From NCBI GenBank assembly GCA_964426185.1, contig CAYRPF010000036.1, forward strand, positions 14,026 through 27,926: DNA of 13,901 nucleotides. The letters run 5' to 3'. Under the pieces are notes generated by a model. The model made no database searches, had not been told where the DNA came from, and saw nothing but the letters and a program-made list of their open reading frames with translations. The position numbers and the translations under genes are program-made. This document shows positions 1 to 6,916 of the stretch, in pieces. Each line of letters starts with the position of its first letter. The first letter of the stretch is position 1. Origin of the DNA: an uncultured archaeon. GTDB taxonomy: Archaea; Asgardarchaeota; Lokiarchaeia; Sigyniarchaeales; Promethearchaeaceae.

Positions 1-36
1 CCCTAATTACATCCAATTTCAATTTCTTAATGCCTT

Positions 37-53
37 TACAAAAGATTTTAATT
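37..53 (+). promoter_or_regulatory. Putative BRE/TATA box for the first CDS (possibly a leaderless transcript)
   Basis: Purine-rich ACAAAAGA followed by TTTTAATT (46-53), about 25-30 nt upstream of GTG77. This is the canonical archaeal spacing for a start site near the start codon. The AT-rich background limits certainty. Confidence 0.3.
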
Positions 54-76
54 GAATTATTCTTATCTTCATACGA

Positions 77-835
77 GTGATATTATTGAAATTAGATAAC
101 CAAACCGAATCTAATGTAGAATCAATAAATAAAGAGAAATTACCATCAGAACAATCAGAATTGCAACAATCTAGCAAGAAAAAGGAAAAAAAAGCAATAA
201 AAACTCTTACTATTTGTTATGATAATGGAGCTTCCTGTAACGACTGCCCCAATCAAAATAAACTTATGTGTCGCATTGATTGGAAAGATTCAGCCATTTT
301 TGCGTGGCCTTTCCTAACGATGGTGGGTTTTTTGATAGCGGGAATTATTATCTCGATGAAGAACGATCACTTAAATTGGCTGGGGCTTGTAATTTTTCTT
401 GCTGTATATTTTGGTTATATGTTCTTTTTCTTCAACATTTGGGAAAGTAAAGTATTGTGTAGCCATTGTCCATTCTACGTCATTGATGATTCAAAAACAC
501 TCAAATGCTATGCAAATTACGGATTTCTAAAAACAGCACCGTATAATCCTGCTCCTATCTCCAAATCGGAACAAATTCAGTTTGCAATTGGTGCAGTGTT
601 ACTTTTCGCCATTCCTTCCCTATTTTTGTTGATTGTGCAAAGTTATCTACTTGCTGTTTTAATTTTCGTGGTCTTATTAGTTTTTATTCTGAATACAATG
701 ACTCACAGCTGTAAGAAATGCCCAAATTTTTCATGTCTACTGAACAGAACCCCGAAAGAATGGCGAGATGAATATTTAAAGAGAAATTCTGTAATGAGAA
801 AAGCTTGGGAAGATGCGGGTTATCATATCGAATAA
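77..835 (+). CDS. Uncharacterised Cys-rich integral membrane protein (about 4 TM), putative metal-binding
   Basis: 252-aa ORF with GTG start. Charged N-terminal extension and four hydrophobic stretches (about 73-93, 100-121, 168-187, 190-206). Ten Cys in three clusters: C47-x6-C54-x2-C57-x7-C65; C128-x2-C131...C144; C212-x2-C215-x4-C220. Start codon uncertain. Confidence 0.8.
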   Translation: MILLKLDNQTESNVESINKEKLPSEQSELQQSSKKKEKKAIKTLTICYDNGASCNDCPNQNKLMCRIDWKDSAIFAWPFLTMVGFLIAGIIISMKNDHLNWLGLVIFLAVYFGYMFFFFNIWESKVLCSHCPFYVIDDSKTLKCYANYGFLKTAPYNPAPISKSEQIQFAIGAVLLFAIPSLFLLIVQSYLLAVLIFVVLLVFILNTMTHSCKKCPNFSCLLNRTPKEWRDEYLKRNSVMRKAWEDAGYHIE

Positions 836-931
836 TTAAGAAAAAGATAATTGATACCGCTGAAATCACTCCTAATTTATAGTTGCCAAAAATTGGACTT
901 CCTATCTTTTTTATTCAAAATCACTATTGAA

Positions 932-940
932 TTATAAATA
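932..940 (+). promoter_or_regulatory. Putative TATA box for the CDS starting at 963 (leaderless)
   Basis: TTATAAATA at 932-940, centred about 27 nt upstream of ATG963. Confidence 0.4.
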
Positions 941-962
941 GGTAAATTTTAGTGTGAATAGA

Positions 963-2261
963 ATGAGAAAAAACAGAATTTTCATTTTAAGTTTGATTAT
1001 AATTTCTGTATTTTTGACAGGAACAATATTTTCATTGACAAATGTTAGTGCTTCTGGAATTCAAGATAATTCTTCATTTTTAGGTTATGATTTGGGTGTG
1101 TTGAATACTCCTGTAAACACTACTTTGAATTATTCAATCCACACAGGCGAGGGATTGGGTTATTTCGATCAAATTAATCAAAGCACTATCCTTTTCAATT
1201 CGAAAAACGGAGTGAATGATAAATACAATTCAGAATTTTTTCAGAAAACTTATTATCAATTTAATTCTGTATATCTAAATAAAGATAGTGCATACTTCAA
1301 TATTGATTTATTTTCAATCCCAATGATTTTTCCCCATGATATTTCATTTTCGAATAATGATGATTGGGAATATCTATATCGAGATGAATTCCAGATTACC
1401 CCCATTTTTAAAGATATATATTCTTTCTTTATCTTTCCCACTGATGTTGATTGTTTTACCATATTTCCGAATTCTTCTGCTCCTATATTGGCAGAAGCGC
1501 TGTTTTGGGATAATGAATTTGATTTATCATATTTTTATTCCCAAGCTATTTATCCTGTGCAAAATGTATTAAATTATTCAGTTTTTGCATTTGATTGGAA
1601 TTATTCACGATATTATGCAGATTGGAATATTTCAGGCTATTCTTCCACCAATGAAGTTATTAATTTAGAAATGACTTTTAATTCTACCATTTGGTTGTCT
1701 GAAGATGGCTTCATTCAGCAGTATTTATATAATTTCACCCAAGATATTTTTGTTTCTGAGCCCGATTTCTCTGATACAATAGCTATGCACTATAGAAAAG
1801 AATATTATGCCAACAGATCACTAATTTATCGGGGTAATATGCACTTAGAAGCTCCTGAAACAACTATAGATGACTATGTAGATGATGATTGGGATAGTTG
1901 GGAAGGTGAAACTTTCAGTGAAACTCAAAATCTTGCGCTTCTTTCAGTAGTGTTGTTAGTAATTGGTGTCATAGTAGGATTAATTTTTCTGATTTTTATT
2001 ATTTCTTCTATCTTCAAAATGAAACCGGCCTCATTTCCTGCGGAACAGGCACGTGCAGGTAATATAAGTCGAGAAAACTTCACAATTAGGCAAAAATCTA
2101 CTAAAGTGTCTCGAACAGCCGATGGTGTAAGACTTTCAACCAAATTCATTCCTCGATTTTGTCCGATTTGCGGTACACCTGTAAGTGAGGTGATGGCTGA
2201 ATTACTTCAGAAAGAAAGATACGCATTTTGCGAATCATGCGGTGAGAAAATAGAGTTGTAA
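963..2261 (+). CDS. Single-pass (type I) membrane/surface glycoprotein with C-terminal cytoplasmic zinc ribbon
   Basis: Signal peptide MRKNR + hydrophobic core + VSA. Acidic/aromatic ectodomain with 11-12 N-x-S/T sequons, acidic juxtamembrane linker (DDYVDDDWD) and a TM helix (LALLSVVLLVIGVIVGLIFLIFIISSIF). Basic cytoplasmic linker, then FCPICG-x-FCESCGEKI (CxxC-x19-CxxC). ATG963 is preferred over GTG954 because of TATA spacing. Confidence 0.85.
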   Translation: MRKNRIFILSLIIISVFLTGTIFSLTNVSASGIQDNSSFLGYDLGVLNTPVNTTLNYSIHTGEGLGYFDQINQSTILFNSKNGVNDKYNSEFFQKTYYQFNSVYLNKDSAYFNIDLFSIPMIFPHDISFSNNDDWEYLYRDEFQITPIFKDIYSFFIFPTDVDCFTIFPNSSAPILAEALFWDNEFDLSYFYSQAIYPVQNVLNYSVFAFDWNYSRYYADWNISGYSSTNEVINLEMTFNSTIWLSEDGFIQQYLYNFTQDIFVSEPDFSDTIAMHYRKEYYANRSLIYRGNMHLEAPETTIDDYVDDDWDSWEGETFSETQNLALLSVVLLVIGVIVGLIFLIFIISSIFKMKPASFPAEQARAGNISRENFTIRQKSTKVSRTADGVRLSTKFIPRFCPICGTPVSEVMAELLQKERYAFCESCGEKIEL

Positions 2262-2292
2262 TGCTTTCTTTTTTCCTATTTCTATTTTATTT
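2262..2292 (+). terminator. Oligo-T/pyrimidine-rich archaeal terminator
   Basis: tgctttctttttttcctatttctattttattt immediately after the stop codon at 2261. Confidence 0.5.
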
Positions 2293-2657
2293 AAGAAATA
2301 CATAACAAAGATACATATAAGAAAGAAATGTCATTTTAGTCGATCTTCTTCTTTTACCCTAAAATCCTTTTCCATCATTCCTTAATAGTTTAGTGTGTTT
2401 TATAATGTTATCAAGCATAAAAGAGTTTACTACAGAATATACATACAGTTTAGATGGAATTGGACAAATTGCAAGATGTTTTCACGTCAACAATTTAACA
2501 AAATTCAATTTTGGGTAGTTCAATAAGAAATAAAAATAATTGGGCTTCCAATCATTTAAATACTATTTTGGGTTTCACACTCATAATATTACACACCTAC
2601 TTTACACATCAAGGTATAGTATTATTACAAAGAATTAACTCAAAAAAGGTTATTATT

Positions 2658-3944
2658 ATGTTTCAAAATATAAAAAAAACGTATAATGAGTTTCCTCAAA
2701 TATTTTGGATGGTAACAATCATATCCTTCATTGACATGCTGGGAAATTACATTTTAATGCCATACATTGCTCTGTACGTAACTTCTAGATTTGGTGTTGG
2801 ATTAACTCAAGTTGGAATCGTATGGGCGATAGTCGGAGTGGGAAATTTGATCGGAGGAATGTTTGGCGGTGCTTTAACTGATAAATTGGGAAGAAAATTT
2901 ATGATTTTATTTGGATTAATAGTAAGCGCTTCATTTTCCATAGTGGTAATATTCGTTAACAAAATTAGCACACTTTACATTGTAGTTCTGGTGATGGGTT
3001 TAATGGGTTCAATTGCTGGACCGGCTCGAAGTGCTATGGTGGTTGATGTGTTACCTGTTGAAAAACGCACGGAAGGTTTTGGAATCCTCCGAATCACCAT
3101 GAATTTAGCAGCTACCATTGGCCCTGCTCTGGGTGGGTTTATTTCTAAATATTCTTTTTCATATCTTTTTATTATGGATGCTGCGGCCAGTTTTATTGTG
3201 GGAATATTATTCTTCTTTGTTCTGCCTGAGACAAAACCTAAGTTGAAAACCGATGAAATAAAATTGCCAGAGACTTCAGGTAAAAAAGACGGAGGATATC
3301 GAGAAGTATTTCGGGATTGGAAATTTCTACTATTTGTTCTCATCTCGGCTATATCGGTATTAGTATATGAGCAAATGAATACTACTTTACCCGTATTTCT
3401 TAGAGATACATACGCTTTCCCGAACTTTATGTTCGGATGGCTTCTTTCCATGAACGCCCTTATGGTAGTACTCTTCCAGTATTTAATTACTAAACTGATT
3501 AAAAGATTTTCAGCCTTCAAAATGATTGCCCTAGGCAATGTGTTATATGCAGTTGGATTTGGTATGTATGGATTCTTTGAAACCGTTCCAATGTTCTTTG
3601 TAGCGATGATTATTATTACTCTTGGAGAAATGATTGTTGCACCCTATTCTCAAACTATTGCAGCGAATTTTGCTCCTGAAGATAAGAGGGGGCGTTATTT
3701 AGCAGTTATGCAGTGGACGGGATTAGTTCCAACCTTATTTGGTGTGTTGGGTGCTGGAATCATCATGGAAAATCATAATCCTTTGATTATATGGTACTTG
3801 GCATTTATTTTATGCATGGTTGCAGCATCAGGATATTTCATGTTGCATAAAATACATCGTAATCCAATGGAAGCGAACCAATCCAACAAAGACAATCAAG
3901 AAGTGCAGAATATACAAAATCCGCAAATAATTGCCGCCGATTGA
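2658..3944 (+). CDS. Major facilitator superfamily transporter (DHA1/MdtH-like drug:H+ antiporter type)
   Basis: About 12 hydrophobic helices. MFS motif A GALTDKLGRK, motif C-like NLAATIGPALGG, and PVEKR/PEDKRGRY in the equivalent loops of the two halves. ATG2658 (MFQNIKK), preceded by AAGGT, is more plausible than TTG2511, whose extra 49 aa look non-coding. Confidence 0.93.
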   Translation: MFQNIKKTYNEFPQIFWMVTIISFIDMLGNYILMPYIALYVTSRFGVGLTQVGIVWAIVGVGNLIGGMFGGALTDKLGRKFMILFGLIVSASFSIVVIFVNKISTLYIVVLVMGLMGSIAGPARSAMVVDVLPVEKRTEGFGILRITMNLAATIGPALGGFISKYSFSYLFIMDAAASFIVGILFFFVLPETKPKLKTDEIKLPETSGKKDGGYREVFRDWKFLLFVLISAISVLVYEQMNTTLPVFLRDTYAFPNFMFGWLLSMNALMVVLFQYLITKLIKRFSAFKMIALGNVLYAVGFGMYGFFETVPMFFVAMIIITLGEMIVAPYSQTIAANFAPEDKRGRYLAVMQWTGLVPTLFGVLGAGIIMENHNPLIIWYLAFILCMVAASGYFMLHKIHRNPMEANQSNKDNQEVQNIQNPQIIAAD

Positions 3945-4082
3945 TTTTTTTTCTTTAATTTTTAACTACTTTCTTTTTTATTTTCTATTTCTTTACTTTA
4001 AATCACTTCATGAATTGCCAGATTGACTAAAATATTGAGAAAAAGGAAAAAGAGAAAAGGAGATGTTAAATAAGTAAAATTT
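3945..4082. terminator. Bidirectional oligo-T terminator region between the convergent MFS and AAA genes
   Basis: Plus strand: T-tracts at 3945-4000 right after the MFS stop. Minus strand: 4037-4062 reads ctccttttctctttttcctttttctc, just after the AAA stop. Confidence 0.55.
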
Positions 4083-5303
4083 TTAAGAGAAAATTTCTTT
4101 TGGAGCGTCATTTTGGGAATTTTCTGGTTTGGCTTTTTTGATAAGTTTCAAGAAAAGTTCCGTATCAATACTCGATTTCTTTTTTCTGATGGCAGTATGA
4201 ACCGCAATTTTCATCAATTTCTCATGTAATTCCCGACCGCTCCAACCTTCGGTGAGTTTGGCCAATTTATCATAATTTGCTTTAATTGGAATGGGTGATT
4301 TGCTCCCGAAAAGTTTTAACATAGCGGCCCGTTCTTCTTCATTTGGTTGAGGAAATTCGATTTCTTCTTCAAATCGATTCCTGAGACCTATATCAAGTAA
4401 ATCTATATTATTTGTGGCGGCTACTGTGATTACACCTTCATTAGGCTCCAATCCATCTAATTCCGCTAATAATGCAGTAGCAACTTCCACCACATCGCCC
4501 CTAACACTTTGATAGGAGCGATTTAAGCCAATAGAATCTAATTCATCAATAAAAATTATCGAAGGTGCATTATCCCGTGCTTTTTTAAATAATGCGTGAA
4601 TTTTAGCCGCGCCATCACCGACGTGTAACCCAATCAATGTAGTTCCCTTTTTAGCAAAAAAGGAACAATCCGCTTGAGAAGCAATAGCTCGAGCCATTAA
4701 AGTTTTTCCTGTTCCGGGAGGGCCATAGAATAGAACATTTTTTGGCGCCCATTCACCGAATTTTTCAGGAGATTGAAGATAAGTAATGATAATCTCGGCT
4801 TTTTCCTTAGCGTTTTGATTCCCAATTATCTCATCAAATGAAATTTTTGCAAGTTTCGGCTTAGGCATAGCCGGCTGCTGCAAAATAATGTTAGTTTCGG
4901 TTCCAATTCGAGAAGTCTCTGGCGGTTCTATTTTAAGAATTTTAAAGGCGAAATCCGGAATGAGTAACTGGTCAAAAATATAATCATTTACTTGAACAGA
5001 CAAACCCAACCATTGTTCTGTAGCATAGGCTTGAAATAATTTCGGATCTCGATTTAGAGTGAGGTTTAAGGTATCGGGTGCATCAAAAGGTTTAATTGGA
5101 TAACCAGCTGGAGCAATAATCAGCGTTTGAATTATTTTTTCCGATTCGGTAGAAGACAGAGATTCATCCGAAGTTATCTCGATGTTTAAGGATAAATTCT
5201 CCGTTTTAGAATCGTTTTTTTGAGGTGATTCGTTTTCTTCAGTTTTAGAATCGGTTTCAGAGCTTAAGTGGGAAATCCGATGTCCGAGTTTTTTTTTCGG
5301 CAA
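4083..5303 (-). CDS. AMA-type (COG1223) single-domain AAA+ ATPase, putative proteasome-associated unfoldase/chaperone
   Basis: FGEWAPKNVLFYGPPGTGKT (Walker A in the COG1223 signature context), pore loop IGLHVGDG, Walker B IIFIDELD, RSYQSVRGDV, SRH AATNN...LRNRF. The N-domain has PAGYPI (GYPL-type motif of AMA N-domains) and YATEQW...DYIFDQLLIPDFAFK. TTG start uncertain. Confidence 0.9.
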   Translation of the reverse strand: MPKKKLGHRISHLSSETDSKTEENESPQKNDSKTENLSLNIEITSDESLSSTESEKIIQTLIIAPAGYPIKPFDAPDTLNLTLNRDPKLFQAYATEQWLGLSVQVNDYIFDQLLIPDFAFKILKIEPPETSRIGTETNIILQQPAMPKPKLAKISFDEIIGNQNAKEKAEIIITYLQSPEKFGEWAPKNVLFYGPPGTGKTLMARAIASQADCSFFAKKGTTLIGLHVGDGAAKIHALFKKARDNAPSIIFIDELDSIGLNRSYQSVRGDVVEVATALLAELDGLEPNEGVITVAATNNIDLLDIGLRNRFEEEIEFPQPNEEERAAMLKLFGSKSPIPIKANYDKLAKLTEGWSGRELHEKLMKIAVHTAIRKKKSSIDTELFLKLIKKAKPENSQNDAPKEIFS

Positions 5304-5422
5304 GAATAAATCAAGATCTAGAAATGATTCAAAACTATTTAATTTTTTTAATTAAAAAAGAAAGAAGTAGCTTAGCATTCAATAAGGTGTCATTCACCGA
5401 AAATCCATGAAAAGAGTTAAAA

Positions 5423-6574
5423 TTAAAGAGATTTCATAAATTCGGTGATTTTTTCTTTAAGTGGGGGTTCGATTTGGTCGGATTCTTTCAAATCACCCAA
5501 GATTACGTAAGTATTATTGAATTTAGCCATTAAACTTTCGGCTAATTTAACCAAGATTTCGTCTTCATGTAACATAAGTGGAATCAAGGCTTTAATAACT
5601 TCTTGCTGGTGAACCTGACCAATACGATATAAAGCGTCTTCAATCAATCTGCGTTTACGTGGTTTTTCCATGTACAATTTTAATAATGGTTCAATCGCTT
5701 GTGGATCTTGTCCTTTTCCCAATCCTCGTAATGCAATAGTTATAATTCTGGGATCTTCATCTTTTAGTGCTTTGATTAAAACTGGAATGCGGTCATTATG
5801 TCCCATTCTTCCAATTATGCCTAAAGCACCGTAACGAAGAAATTTATTAGATTCTGGGTTTTGAACTGCTTTAACCAAAGCTGGGAATGAAACTTGTTTT
5901 CCAGATTCTAAATGAGCCATTACTTCTTTACGAATTTCCTCGTCTTCATCACCTAACGCTTGAATTAATCCGGTCATTGCCTTTGGATCATTGATTTTAA
6001 TCAATCCTCTTACAGCCCAAAACCGAATAAATCTATAAGGATCTTTCAAAACAGCAGTAAATGTGGGAATTAATTTGGTATCTCGAAATCTTGCCAAGTG
6101 GGTGATGGCACTTCTCCTAAGTTCTTGAGGATTTTCTTGGTTTCCTGCTATATCTTGAAGAAATTTACGAAATCCCGCATCTCGTTTGCCTCGACTAAGG
6201 CCATCTAATGCAGCCACGCGTAAACGTTCATTCATATTTTTATTTTTCACGATTTCCAGTAATTTTTCTTCTGCTCTCTGATCCTTAACCCTAGAAAGCA
6301 ATTTTATTCCTTCATTTCGATCACGGAAGCGTCGTCCTGAAAATTTTTTAATTGCTTTTTCGTAGGGCGTTAATTGCTTTTTCGGAGCAGGTTCTTCTTC
6401 TTTTTGAGAGGATGATTCTTTCTGTTCAGAGGATTGATTTGATCCTGTAAGATTTTCAGATGAATCTATGGAAATCTTTTCTTCACGCATGTCGGATTGC
6501 GGGGATGAAGGTGAACATTCCTCGGTATCCATTGATTTCTCGGAGATATTTTGTTCTTCTTTTTCTGCCATCAT
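5423..6574 (-). CDS. HEAT-repeat (PBS-lyase/HEAT_2-like) alpha-solenoid protein with acidic disordered N-terminus
   Basis: About 8-9 repeats of ~31 aa with pattern L..D.D..(I/L)R..A...L (e.g. VLKDPYRFIRFWAVRGL, ALGDEDEEIRKEV, ALKDEDPRIITIALRGLG). The first ~65 aa are E/S/Q-rich. GAGG lies upstream of the tandem ATGs. Confidence 0.88.
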   Translation of the reverse strand: MMAEKEEQNISEKSMDTEECSPSSPQSDMREEKISIDSSENLTGSNQSSEQKESSSQKEEEPAPKKQLTPYEKAIKKFSGRRFRDRNEGIKLLSRVKDQRAEEKLLEIVKNKNMNERLRVAALDGLSRGKRDAGFRKFLQDIAGNQENPQELRRSAITHLARFRDTKLIPTFTAVLKDPYRFIRFWAVRGLIKINDPKAMTGLIQALGDEDEEIRKEVMAHLESGKQVSFPALVKAVQNPESNKFLRYGALGIIGRMGHNDRIPVLIKALKDEDPRIITIALRGLGKGQDPQAIEPLLKLYMEKPRKRRLIEDALYRIGQVHQQEVIKALIPLMLHEDEILVKLAESLMAKFNNTYVILGDLKESDQIEPPLKEKITEFMKSL

Positions 6575-6773
6575 GGTAGGCCTCTGGATTTATGGTGCGG
6601 TTTTCAGTCTTCATGTAAATTCAAACTGATGTTCAATCAAAATATGATTTCATGAGACAAACCGGGGACATCATACGGATGTTTAATTTTCGTGATGTAT
6701 AACTAATCTCATTTAATACAGTTGAAAAAATCTTTGGTTCAAAAAATTCAAGATATTTCATAAATTCTCCACC

Positions 6774-6789
6774 GTTAGAAATTTTAAAA
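6774..6789 (+). promoter_or_regulatory. Putative BRE-TATA of the mcm-hel308 promoter in the divergent intergenic region
   Basis: GTTAGAAA followed by TTTTAAAA (6782-6789). An SD-like AAGGGG (6904-6909) precedes ATG6917, implying a leadered mRNA. Confidence 0.35.
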
Positions 6790-6916
6790 GGGTGATTTTA
6801 TTTTCCTAGGTTAATAGTTTGTGATGAATAAATCATTAATAGGTAATTTTATCTTTCATCGACAAAAAATAGAAATCATTCATATCTCGGAAAAAATATT
6901 ATCAAGGGGCTAATAT

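Noticed and set aside
458-472. CSHC as a haem-c attachment site
   Set aside because: Haem c needs CxxCH. Here the His is internal and the motif is followed by Pro.
2511-2657. 49-aa N-terminal extension of the MFS ORF from TTG2511
   Set aside because: No MFS-like character, it overlaps a TATA-like element, and ATG2658 has an SD-like AAGGT and gives a typical MFS length.
2975-3538. 187-aa antisense ORF within the MFS gene
   Set aside because: Entirely opposite a well-supported membrane transporter gene and has no recognisable motifs; treated as a shadow ORF.
5344-5359. Perfect 16-bp palindrome TTTTTTAATTAAAAAA
   Set aside because: Pure A/T in an AT-rich spacer, so it carries little information. 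It is adequately explained by adjacent terminator and promoter tracts.
6765-6793. ORB-like element (TCCACCGTTAGAAA...AAAAGGGT) suggesting a replication origin beside mcm
   Set aside because: Single copy, spacing does not fit the TCCA-xx-GGAAA ORB core, no inverted partner, and no orc1/cdc6 in the window. It is better explained as BRE-TATA.
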